NCBI GenBank assembly: GCA_963809895.1
Contig: CAWELD010000003.1
Span: 1,920,001 to 1,984,000, forward strand
DNA length: 64,000 nucleotides
From: an uncultured Gemmatimonadales bacterium
Lineage (GTDB): Bacteria; Gemmatimonadota; Gemmatimonadetes; Longimicrobiales; Gaopeijiaceae
Direction: 5' to 3'
Part shown: in pieces, positions 53,952-63,475 of the stretch
Position numbering within the stretch: the first letter of the stretch is position 1
Layout: each line of letters starts with the position of its first letter
The notes under the pieces: generated by a model
Told to the model about the DNA's origin: nothing
Databases searched by the model: none
The model's input: only the letters and a program-made list of their open reading frames with translations
Translations under genes and position numbers: made by a program

Positions 53952-55344
53952 GGCTCCTCGCTGTTTCAAATGGGTAGCTTGAAGTCGAGTTTGCCCGAGA
54001 CGAGGTAGGCCATGGCGATCAGGTTCTCGGTGGTGCGGTAGCCTCGGGCACGTGTCTTGGCGGCCTGGAGCAGGCTGTTCATGGCCTCGAGCATCCCGTT
54101 GCTGACGCGCGAGCGGAACCAGCGAAGGACGCCGGACGCATGCTTCCGAATCGTGCGGGCTACGCGGATCATCGGAGCCAGTCGACTGTGCATGGCCCAG
54201 TAGTACCAGCGCTTCAAGAATTTCTCGGCCAGGATCGGCGGCAGCTCCCAGAAGTCCTGGAGGGCGAGCTTGAGACGGTAGGCTCGCGCCGTCTTCAGAT
54301 GGCTCCGGCTCGGTCGCAGCAGTTCGTCCAGCTCCTTCTGCTGGGCCGCGTTCAGCCGCCCCCGGTTCTTCAGCCAGAGGTAGCGGGTGCGCTTGAGTTC
54401 CGGCCGCTCCTTCTGCTCCTCGCGCCGAACCGCATCGACCGCGTCGTTCAGCAGACGCAGGACGTGGAAGCGGTCGAAGGTGATCTCGGCGTCCGGGAAC
54501 TGCCGCCTCGCGCCCTGGATGTAGGCCGGCAACATGTCCATGCACAGCTCCTTGATTTGCTCGGGCCGGCCGCCATGTCGAAGCAGCTCCAACCGGAAGC
54601 GCCCGAACACACTGGCGTCCCGGCCCTCGGTGGCGAACAGCAACTGCGCTTCGTCCAGGTCCGCGAACAGCGTGATGTAGTTCTGGCCCCGCCGGCTCGC
54701 CTTCTCGTCGAAGCCCACCGAGCGGACCTCGGAGAAGTCCGCGGCCGCACGAGCCTCTGCCACGTAGTGCCGCAGGATCCGCCAGAGCCGCGTGTCGTGC
54801 TCCCCGACCAGCCGAGCCGCCGCGTTCACCGGCATCTCGCACACGAGCGCCATCACCAGGGACTCGAACCAGAACGTGAAGCCGCTCCCGGGACGCGCCC
54901 ACGGCACCTCGACCTGCTTGACTCCGCATTCCGGACACTCGACCCGGGGCACTCGCGCGTGCACGAAGGTTCGGTGCTGGAAGAAGTCCAGGTGCCGCCA
55001 CCGCTTCTCCGACGTGTCGTACGCCTTACAGCCCTCCCGCCCGCACTCCGGACAGGCGAAGGTGCCGCCCCGCTCGAAATCCACCCACAGATCCAACTGC
55101 CTGGCCGACGCATCGAACGCTGTCCGCTCCAACCGCCACGGCCGCTCCAGTCCGAGCGCCTGCTCGAAGAGCTCCCCGATCTGGCGCACCTCGCACCCTT
55201 CTCCCGATGGCGCCGTTGCGAACCCTCCACGCCCGGATGGCTACGGCGTCCTCGGGGCTCCTCCAGCCCTCCGCGGCGGGCCGCGACCCCCGCCGCGGCT
55301 CGTCACTTTACCGCGATTTCACCCATCCTGAACAGCGAGGAGCC
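53952..55344 (-). mobile_element. ISL3-family insertion sequence, 1393 bp
   Basis: Terminal IRs GGCTCCTCGCTGTT..ATGGGT / ACCCAT..AACAGCGAGGAGCC; 8-bp TSD CAAAAGGA at 53944-53951 and 55345-55352. Confidence 0.95.
53966..55189 (-). CDS. ISL3-family transposase
   Basis: CPECG zinc fingers, WRHLDFF, GFDE, CMDM, FDRFHV, SNGMLEAMN, ARGYR. Confidence 0.95.
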   Translation of the reverse strand: MRQIGELFEQALGLERPWRLERTAFDASARQLDLWVDFERGGTFACPECGREGCKAYDTSEKRWRHLDFFQHRTFVHARVPRVECPECGVKQVEVPWARPGSGFTFWFESLVMALVCEMPVNAAARLVGEHDTRLWRILRHYVAEARAAADFSEVRSVGFDEKASRRGQNYITLFADLDEAQLLFATEGRDASVFGRFRLELLRHGGRPEQIKELCMDMLPAYIQGARRQFPDAEITFDRFHVLRLLNDAVDAVRREEQKERPELKRTRYLWLKNRGRLNAAQQKELDELLRPSRSHLKTARAYRLKLALQDFWELPPILAEKFLKRWYYWAMHSRLAPMIRVARTIRKHASGVLRWFRSRVSNGMLEAMNSLLQAAKTRARGYRTTENLIAMAYLVSGKLDFKLPI

Positions 55345-55731
55345 CAAAAGGACCACCGCTTCGGCCCGGATCTCACTGCTCCGGTCCAGGTAGGCCCGCC
55401 ACATCCGGATGCGCGAGCCGACCTCGAAGTCCGAGAGTTCGGCCGAGGTAAGGTGGCCGTCCACAACTCGGTAGAGGTCGTCCTTCCATACCGTGAAGAT
55501 CCGATCCGGAGTGCTCGGCCCCGCGCCTTCTTCCTTGAAGCCAATCTGGAAAAAGTCTGGTACGCCGCCCGGGTAGGTCCCGGTGACGACCAATTCCTCA
55601 CCGGGGCCCGTGACACCTTCAGGTGCTAGGATGTCAGCTCCCGCGCAGCCTTGGATGAGAATCGCGACGAGTCCAACCGTCCAGAGCCTCCACAGCTCAG
55701 AATACCAGGGCGATCGTTCCATTGTGAACAC
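55345..55731 (-). CDS. Small lipoprotein (YobA/DUF3221-like OB fold), C-terminus cut by ISL3
   Basis: IQGC lipobox; LSDFEVGSRIRMW...AEAVVL; removing the IS restores ...AEAVVLLRKGPA* (TAG 53926-53928). Confidence 0.65.
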
Positions 55732-56079
55732 CTAGCAGTTTGGATTGCCCATGGGGTGACACACATCAAGGGTGCTCCCGCCAGATTCCAGATCGCTCTT
55801 CACGCCAACCCACGGCGAGAACCAGGTGATGTGTTCGTTTTCGTCGTCGTCACCATCTCTCGTTGTCCCGTAGTACCGTGGGTCGTCGTCCGGCTCACAG
55901 TCATCACACAGCGTCGGGCCGCCCCAAAGGATACCCACGAGCTTCACGGTCTGCACCGGCTCACCGTCAAGGTCCGGGATTGGGTACTTCGAGTCCTCTT
56001 GGAAGATCGGTCCACCGCTGTCTCCGATATCACTGAACAACGCGGCCTCGAACTGGCAGAACAGGCGGGTGGAATTCAA

Positions 56080-57740
56080 CCCGGATCCTGCGTCGCAGGG
56101 TGATTCATGAGTGATCGAGGGCTGAAAACGGATCGGCCGCTCTGGGCTGGACTGTGGCGGCTGGGATGAGCCTGGAGAGGCCGAGATTTCCGCGCTTCTC
56201 GGAGGCGGGGGAGGCAGGGTCGCGTCCGATATGGATACCGGTAGGACGGCCGGGTTGGCCAGAGGATTCAGGGTGGAGCGGGACCGTCAGGCTGGCGCAG
56301 GAGGGGGGATCCCTGCGAGGCGTCGGAATGCGATGAGGAGACGAGCCCGGGCTGGCTCAGTGGTCAGGAGCAGCAGATAGGTCTTTCGAGCATGGCGGGT
56401 GATCTTGGCCGGAAGACGGAAGAGCCAGAGACGAAGCCGCTTGGGCTGAGCCGTTCGCCAGGATCCGGAGAGCGCCGTTGTCCGGAGCGTGTGGAGGAGC
56501 TGATAGGCCAGCATCCCGAGGGTCCAGAGCAGGGCGTTGCCTTCGAGGTCGTCGATGGCAGTCTGTCCGACGGAGAGCTGCCCGAGCTCGGCGATCCGCT
56601 GCTCGATTACGGCGCCCTGGTTGTAGCGACGCCAGGCCGTGAGGGCGTGGATGCCCTCGATGTTGGTGAGCACATGAGCGCTCAGGGGCACTTCGTAGGT
56701 GTCGAGCTCGAGGGTAGCCTCTCCTGCGAGGGGCCGCCGGGTCTGGAGCGAGAGGAGCCGGACGCCCCAGAGGGTGCCGGACGTGGTCCAGAGCTCTTGT
56801 CCCGGAAAGACGTCTTCGCCCTTGGCCGAGCGACGCCAAGGCCGCTGATGGTCGCCGAGCCACCGATGTGCAGGGATCTTGAGCACGAAGTCCACGTCCA
56901 GCGAACAGAGCTTCGCGACCATCGAGCGGCTGAAGAAGCCCTTGTCGAGCCGGACCGCGATATCGGTGACACCTCGCTTCCGGAGGCGTGCGACGAGATC
57001 GTCCAGCCACTCCTCGGCTCCGGCCGCCGTGTGTGCACTGCCAGGCCGCCAGCGCACACCGAGGCAGTCGCCCGTCTCCTGGATGAAGGCCAGAAGCGGA
57101 TGATGCGACGGCCGGCCCGGCTTCTTCGGGTTGTATCCTCGCTCCGCTCCCGCCTGGTTCTCGCCTTAGCGCACCGAGACCGTCGAGTCGAGGACGAGCG
57201 TGACGCGCTTCGGCGTCCCGATCGCCGTCCAGCGGCTCAGGACGAGCTTCCACAGGAGACGATCGAGAAGGGGCACCAGCTCCTGGCCGGCACGGCGGAG
57301 CCAGCGGCCGAACGTCGTGGGATCCGGCACCCGCTCCCAGCCGAAGAGACTGCGGATTCCCCGACAACTCAGAAGCGGCAGGTCGTCCAGAACTCCACCC
57401 CCGTAGAGGAGGAGGACCGTCCAGACCTCGACCATCAGGCTCGGCCGGAAGCGGCCCGGGACCGCCGCTGTTCGGTGGTCGATCCACTCGCCCAACCGGA
57501 GTCGGTCCCAGAGCTTCCGGATCAGCACCAGCCCGCCCCCGTCCGTCAGATTCCGAGCACTGTGACGAAGTCGCAGAGGAGCTGCGTCGCCTTGTACGTG
57601 GGGCCGAGGAGGGATACGATGGTTGCGCACCGTCTGGGTGCCTCGCGTTGTGGAGACTCACTTGCCGGTAAGTCCTTCCAACGTAAGGCCCCAGGCGGTG
57701 TCTTGCATTCCCACATCAGCCCGCCATCGCAGGATCCGGG
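56080..57740 (-). mobile_element. IS1380-family insertion sequence, 1661 bp
   Basis: IRs CCCGGATCCTGCG / CGCAGGATCCGGG; 5-bp TSD TTCAA at 56075-56079 and 57741-57745. Confidence 0.92.
56287..57630 (-). pseudogene. IS1380-family transposase with in-frame TAA at 57166
   Basis: LTDGGGL, PDPTTFGR, LVLDST, GYNPKKPGRPSHHPL, VRLDKGF, YNQGAVIEQRIAE; one frame apart from the stop. Confidence 0.88.
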
Positions 57741-59029
57741 TTCAAATCTAATCGGTAGTTGAAGCAGGTACTCGAAGGATTGTATATCACGTTGCAGTCG
57801 ACCATCTGATTGGTCGGGTCAGTACCGTCGGAGCATTGAAGAATCTCCCCACGAGTCCACCCCGTTCGATCCCCCATCTTGTTCACCGTCATTCCCACCC
57901 AGATCTGTGAATAGCTGACGGCGGCGTCAGTCACGGTGAACGTCGGGGTCGAAGTGTTGACGTCTCGCGACCCGAAGGTATCCGCTGGTATCCCCGGCGG
58001 AACGGTTGGATAACCCTGCGTCTGAGCCATTAGGTAGGGCGTGAACGGTACCGAATCATTCGTCCATTCATACGCAGCGGCATCTGCAGCCCTACAACTG
58101 GTCACCCAACCCGGTGGGACGAGGCAATTGAACCCTGCCTGTCCATATGTGGGGTCATAGATTTCTTCGGCGACCGGGACGGTCAGCACGTTCAGCCCCG
58201 CCCCCGGCTTCTGGTAGATCGTGAAGCCAACATCCGTTTGGAACTTCGTGGGCGAACAGTGGCTGGCGGTGATGATCACGGGTGTAGCGCCCAGATAGCC
58301 GGTGGCACCTACCGTGCAACGGGGTCTTATCCAGGGTACCCAGCGCGTATTGCCGATCCTCCTTGCGCCGCTACCTCATTCAGTTCTTGTCGGAAGTGTG
58401 GGCCTGGTCCCACTACTCGGGTCCTGAGAGCTCGATCAGGGATACCTAGGCCCACGGCGCGGGATCTCTCGCTGGCCGCATACGCTGCACGTGTCACACC
58501 GATGGTGACGGCGTTGCTTACCTCGTCGACGTCAAAGAAGACAGCTCCGGACCCGCGTGAGCCATCACCTCGTCGCGCCACTCGTTGAGCTGGTCGAAGG
58601 CGAATTCCACTGACCTGAAGCGTACGGGTCGCTGGGCGTGCTCCGGTCCTCGTCCGTGGAGCCATGCCTCGGCGGCTGCCTCCGCCCCTGGCCGGGCGAG
58701 GCTGACGACTGCGTTTCCTTGGTGATCAACGAACACGCCCGCGAACCCTGGCACGCTGGTCCGTGCGAGCTCTGCCCACTCCTCGTCCATCGTCGGCGGT
58801 CGTCCCTGGGGTGGACCTTGCCGGGCCGATGCGGCGGTCTGCGTTTCCGGTGTTGTTGGATTCGATCGTGCCAGATCGTCCTGACACCCGGCCAGGATCA
58901 TCAGGGCCAGCGCTGCGCTCGTGGCGGATCCGAGCCGCCTCCCACGATTCCCCTTCACTCTCTCCTCCCTGTCCCTTGGGGGGCGCTTCTATCATGCGTC
59001 GCATCGTAACCGAGAGTCAAGTACTCCCT

Positions 59030-59190
59030 CATCGCCCCCCCCTTCCGTCGCAGCGGCCGGGGGGGCCATCTCAGGGTGACTTCCTCCTGGATCAGACTCT
59101 CGACCACGCTCCGCGTGGCGCCCGCCCTCGATCTCACCGAGCCCAGAATTCGAGTTCGACCAGTCCATCCCCGACGATTTCGATTCCTGA
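59030..59190 (+). pseudogene. Possible 3' remnant of an IS91-like rolling-circle transposase
   Basis: Degenerate ..RPGGPSQGDFLLDQT..EFEFDQSIPDDFDS* resembles (from memory) the PARGPP...EFDQ tails of IS91-like transposases. Confidence 0.35.
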
Positions 59191-59299
59191 GCCGCGGGAT
59201 TGGCATCGCCCCATCCAGCGGCGACCGGCTTCCATGGGCGTGGAGCGGTCACCGTGGGCGGCGTTCGGAGCATGACCGCGGCCGGTAAACGGGGCGGTC

Positions 59300-59473
59300 G
59301 CCGTCGATCGAGCAATCGCGGCGTTTCATGGGGCGAATGCGGAGTTCGCGGCGATATCTGCCGACGACCTTGCGCACAGTCCCCCGGGCGGCGGCGCCGG
59401 TGGGATTCGCGGCGATGGTTGGGGTCGATCCCGCATCGGCTCCCCGATCGACGCCGAGTGCTGGGTTGAAGGC
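59300..59473. repeat. Tripartite palindromic repeat, 174 bp
   Basis: GCCGTCGATC...GGTTGAAGGC; linkers GATATCT and GATGGTT; same length and spacing as the other copies. Confidence 0.85.
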
Positions 59474-59600
59474 ACGCAGCAGCGGTCGCGGCGGGCGGCA
59501 CCGGATCCTTCAGGTGCTGAGATGATTTGGCGGCGCCGCGATCGGTTCACCGTTGTCTTTGAAGAGACCACCTTCAACCTCGAGAGCCCGGGGCGACGGC

Positions 59601-62327
59601 ATGCGACTGCCACAATGGACAGTACTCCGGGGGGTCCTCCTCGCGCTCACCGGTGCGTTGCCTGCGGGCATGGACTCGGTAGACGCCCAGGAGCCCTGGC
59701 CCACGACGGAGTTCGAGGTGGCGTCTGCCGAGCGGCTCATGGAGCTCGGGGTACTCCGGGAGTTTCCCGAGGTCGGGGAAGCCTGGATCGACTTTCTCAA
59801 CGAGTCCTTCGCGTCGGTCGACGACTGGCTCGCCGCGGCCGGTCTGGACCCTCTGGGAGCCCGGGTCTACGACCCCGCCGAGGCGACGCGCCGGGAGATC
59901 GAGGCCTACCTCCGTGACGCGGCGCAGCTCCTCGAGGAATGGGGCCTCCCCGCACCGGCGTTGCGCCAGTCCCGGGGGCGGTACCAGGTGGCCCTGCTTG
60001 CCGAGACGCCGGCGTCCCTCATCGGCGATGAGGCGGCCGGGCTCTACGTGCCGGAGATCTGCGGATTCCTCGGAGGATTGCTGTTCCTTCGGGCCGGCTC
60101 GGTTCTGGACGGCGATGACCTGACTCCGGACGGGATGGAAACCCTGGGCCACGAGCTCTTCCACGCGGTCCAGGGAAGCATGGCCGTGGGTGCGACCTGC
60201 CCATTCCCCACCGGCGCCTGGATCACCGAAGGCTCGGCCGATGCGGTGGGTTCCGACCTGCTCCGCACGCTGCGTGGTCTCGAGGTGTCGAGCACCACCG
60301 AAGCCTGGGGACTGCGGGACTACTCCCGCCGCCTCCCCGTTCCAAAGGTCCATCCCCTCCAGGGCGAGGGTACGGATATCTCCGCGTACTACACGAGCTC
60401 CCTCTGGCGGTACCTCGCCGAGCGATACGCCCTGGGCGGCGCCATGCCGGGGCCCGAGCCCCCTGAGGCCGTGGACTACGGATACCTGGCGCGTCTGCTT
60501 CGTATCGACCCGGGAGAGCGAGACTGCGTCGGGCTCAGTGCACCCTGTGCGTCCGAGCTTCGCTGGCTCGACCTGGGAATCCGGGCGGTCTTCGGCACCA
60601 ACCTCCGCTACGAGTACCCTCGCTTCGTCGACGCGATCTCGCGATACGGGGAGTTCCGTCTCCCCGCGGCCCCCGATGATCCGGTGGCGCCACAGATGAA
60701 CGGCGATCGGATCCGGGATCAGGTCTTCGGCGGCTGCGACAACGTCTATCTGACCACAGACTTCCCGCGCAGGATCTCGCGGGAGGTGGTCGACGTGCTC
60801 GACCCCGTCTCCGCGGAGTGCTGGAACGTGTTCGTGGAGGGGTTCCCGGACGGGGTCCGGGTGGGGATGACCGTCGACGGACCGGCCGCCCGGGCCATGT
60901 CCGACCTGTCCGCGAGCGTGGGAGGTCGGCCGACCTGGGCCGACACGGCCGTCGTGGTCGGCGACGCCACGACCGATCGTTCTTCGGTGACGTGGTCCTA
61001 CACGGTCCCCGACACGACCACCACACCGTTCCTGCTCTCGAACGTGGGCGCCGACCCGGGGGCGGCGGCCCGCATGCGCAATCTCCCGGTCACGTTCACC
61101 ATCCTGGAGTCTACCGGCGCCCTCGTCGGCACCGAGCCCGGGGGTCCTTCTCCCGCCGAGATCGACGCTCCGGTCGGTCTGAAGCTCGACGACTTCTCCC
61201 TCGCGGAGGTCATGCCGTACACGGCCCCCTTCGAAGGAGCCGACTTCGACCGCCCGTGCATCCTCCGGTTCCGGATGCGGAACCAGGAGACCCGGGACGA
61301 GGTCACCCTCCAGATGGATCACGAGGGGCCCATCGGGCCGGGGGTGTACCCGGTGGCCCCCAGGCAGGACGGGGCCGACGACCTCGACCGTCCCGAGCGG
61401 TGGCCGAACCAGTTCGTCGTCGACTTCGGCATCGGTCCGGGCAGCGCTCTCTCGGACGGACGGCCGCAGGGGTTCCGGGCCGAGGCCGGGACCGTGGAGA
61501 TCGAGTCGGTGTCGGGCGGTGTCGTCCGCGGACGAGTGAACGCCGCGGGGTGGCGGCGGCGGACCTACGCCATCGGCGAGGAGCCATGGGGGCTCTCGAA
61601 CCTCACCATCCGTGCGGACTTCATGGTGGTCGTGCGGGACCGCGTGCGACGAGCCCGCCTGGGGCGCGACGCGACCGGATCGGACTGCCTCGAGCCGCCC
61701 GAGAGCGCGGCCACCGTCGAGCCCTTCCCTGGAGGGGGGAATTCGGATGAGGCGGGAGACGCCGAGGGGACCGAGAGCACGGAGGACCCCGGCAACGACC
61801 AGACCGCCGAGGAGGGCGACGAAGGGAACGAGGAGACCGGGGAGGGGGAGCCCACATCGACCTCCATCGACTTCCGTGGAGAGCCCGGGTCCGAGGTGGT
61901 CGGAGGACCCGGATCGGCGAGCCGTGCACCCGGTGAGGGCCCCCGGGGCTGGACGGCGACCGAATTCCCGATCCAACTGGGCCTTTCGCCGGCGATCCTG
62001 CGCACGTGCCGGGTGCCCGACGACACGCCGCCTCCGATCCTCGGCTTCCTGCGGGAAGGGACTCCCGCAAGAGGGGAGCTCGGGTTGAACGTGTCCCCGG
62101 CGGGGCTGCGGATGGACTTCGACTTCGGGAGCGGTCGGCTGGAGATCCGGACCACCGGGCCGGACGCCGTCCGCAGCGAGGACGTGGGTCGCTCCGATAC
62201 GCTCCGGCGGACCCGCTATGTGATCGACGCCGCCCAACTGCGACTGGTGTGGTCGGGGGGAACGATCTCCTGCGATTCCCTGGTGGGGTTCGCGTTCGAA
62301 GTGAACGAGACCTACCGAACACCATAG
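59601..62327 (+). CDS. Large secreted protein with gluzincin-type zinc metallopeptidase domain
   Basis: Signal peptide; TLGHELFHAVQ (HExxH) plus WITEGSAD (third-ligand Glu); acidic linker and extra C-terminal domains. Confidence 0.78.
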   Translation: MRLPQWTVLRGVLLALTGALPAGMDSVDAQEPWPTTEFEVASAERLMELGVLREFPEVGEAWIDFLNESFASVDDWLAAAGLDPLGARVYDPAEATRREIEAYLRDAAQLLEEWGLPAPALRQSRGRYQVALLAETPASLIGDEAAGLYVPEICGFLGGLLFLRAGSVLDGDDLTPDGMETLGHELFHAVQGSMAVGATCPFPTGAWITEGSADAVGSDLLRTLRGLEVSSTTEAWGLRDYSRRLPVPKVHPLQGEGTDISAYYTSSLWRYLAERYALGGAMPGPEPPEAVDYGYLARLLRIDPGERDCVGLSAPCASELRWLDLGIRAVFGTNLRYEYPRFVDAISRYGEFRLPAAPDDPVAPQMNGDRIRDQVFGGCDNVYLTTDFPRRISREVVDVLDPVSAECWNVFVEGFPDGVRVGMTVDGPAARAMSDLSASVGGRPTWADTAVVVGDATTDRSSVTWSYTVPDTTTTPFLLSNVGADPGAAARMRNLPVTFTILESTGALVGTEPGGPSPAEIDAPVGLKLDDFSLAEVMPYTAPFEGADFDRPCILRFRMRNQETRDEVTLQMDHEGPIGPGVYPVAPRQDGADDLDRPERWPNQFVVDFGIGPGSALSDGRPQGFRAEAGTVEIESVSGGVVRGRVNAAGWRRRTYAIGEEPWGLSNLTIRADFMVVVRDRVRRARLGRDATGSDCLEPPESAATVEPFPGGGNSDEAGDAEGTESTEDPGNDQTAEEGDEGNEETGEGEPTSTSIDFRGEPGSEVVGGPGSASRAPGEGPRGWTATEFPIQLGLSPAILRTCRVPDDTPPPILGFLREGTPARGELGLNVSPAGLRMDFDFGSGRLEIRTTGPDAVRSEDVGRSDTLRRTRYVIDAAQLRLVWSGGTISCDSLVGFAFEVNETYRTP

Positions 62328-62354
62328 CCACTCCACGTTCCAGACGGAGTCACC

Positions 62355-62993
62355 ATGCAACCGAACCTCCTTCTCGCAACCCTCGTCGTGCTCGGTCTCC
62401 CGAGCTGCGGGCAGCCGCCCGGTGAGACGGGCGAATCGGAAGCCGCCCCCGCCGTGGAGTCCGCTCCGCGAACGGCCGAGACTACGGACGTGAGCCCACG
62501 GTCGTCAGACACATCGACCCCCGACGCCGCGCAGGACGCGGGCACCATCCAGGGCACCCTCGACGGCGAAGCCCGTACCTGGATCTCGCTCTACCGCGAG
62601 CGGGATGGTGACGCGGATGCCACCAGCACGTACCAGACACGGACCATCGGTCGCATGGAGTCGCGGTCGCTCTCCCTCGGGGGGCACGTGGGGCCGACCA
62701 TGTCTCCGGACGGCTCCATCCGCATCTCGGTGACGGCTACGACGCCGCTCGAGGACTGCCCCTGCACCTTCGAGACCGGCACGGTCGAGTACGTCGTCGA
62801 CTTTCCGGACGACCGCTGGGAAGCGAATCAGGCGACCGTCACCGTCGATGCGTTCTCCGAGAACGGTGACGGCACTCTAGCGGCCGCCGGCAGGTTCCAG
62901 GGCACGCTCCGTCGTCCCGACGGCGCCTCCGACGACGCCATGGCCGTCGAGGGGGAATTCGACATACGGCAGATTCTGCGGGTGGGCAACTAG
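62355..62993 (+). CDS. Lipoprotein of unknown function
   Basis: SD GGAG; LGLPSC lipobox-like, low-complexity tether, beta-rich domain (GTIQGTLDG...GRFQGTL...VEGEFDI). Confidence 0.75.
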   Translation: MQPNLLLATLVVLGLPSCGQPPGETGESEAAPAVESAPRTAETTDVSPRSSDTSTPDAAQDAGTIQGTLDGEARTWISLYRERDGDADATSTYQTRTIGRMESRSLSLGGHVGPTMSPDGSIRISVTATTPLEDCPCTFETGTVEYVVDFPDDRWEANQATVTVDAFSENGDGTLAAAGRFQGTLRRPDGASDDAMAVEGEFDIRQILRVGN

Positions 62994-63040
62994 CCACCGG
63001 TGACCGAGCGTGGCTACCCGGATCACCCGACCGCCGGGCT

Positions 63041-63343
63041 CGGCGTCCTCCTTCGACATCCACCCCGACGGACGGCACTTCGTCTTCGTGAAGGCGGGTG
63101 ACGTGGCAGGCGCTAACCAGGCGGCCCAGGTGGTCGTCACCAACGCGCTGAATCCGGGGCTCACGCGCCAGCGCTGAGCGGCGGAGAGCCGGCCGCGGGC
63201 CCGCCCGGGGCTTCTGGTCCTGAACCACACGCTGCTCTGGGGCGCGAAAACGAGATTGTCGTCAATCGAGCAATCGCGGCGTCTCGCGAGGCGGATGCAG
63301 AGTTCGCGGCGATATCTGCCGTCGAAGCAGCATGCCGTCCCCC
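63041..63343 (+). repeat. Second copy of the 53090-53392 segment
   Basis: Direct sequence comparison. Confidence 0.92.
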
Positions 63344-63431
63344 GGGCAGCGGCGCCCGCGGCTCCGACGGCGATTATTCCAGTCGATCCCGCATCGGCTC
63401 CCGGATCGACGCCGGATGCTGGGTTGACGGC
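63258..63431. repeat. Tripartite palindromic repeat, 174 bp
   Basis: GTCGTCAATC...GGGTTGACGGC; linkers GATATCT and GATTATT; reverse complement starts GCCGTCAACCCAGCA like the 32.5-kb copies. Confidence 0.88.
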
Positions 63432-63475
63432 AGGCCTCCCCCGCGCGTTGCCCCCCTCCGCGCCGCCGGGTGCCC

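Larger units (their letters stand above)
55732..58958 (-). pseudogene. Lipoprotein trypsin-like (S1, alpha-lytic-type) serine protease with prodomain, disrupted
   Basis: Lipobox LAGC; frameshift near 58545; TAA at 58327; RCTVG..ITASHC (His), ADAA (Asp), KMGDRTGWTRG; IS1380 insertion; then GDSGGP (Ser), LVGILWG. Confidence 0.85.

Noticed and set aside
59300..59473. Integron attC sites
   Set aside because: Ends (CGTCAAC/GTTGACG in the best copies) do not fit RYYYAAC/GTTRRRY, the element is tripartite, flanking genes face both ways, and no intI is present.
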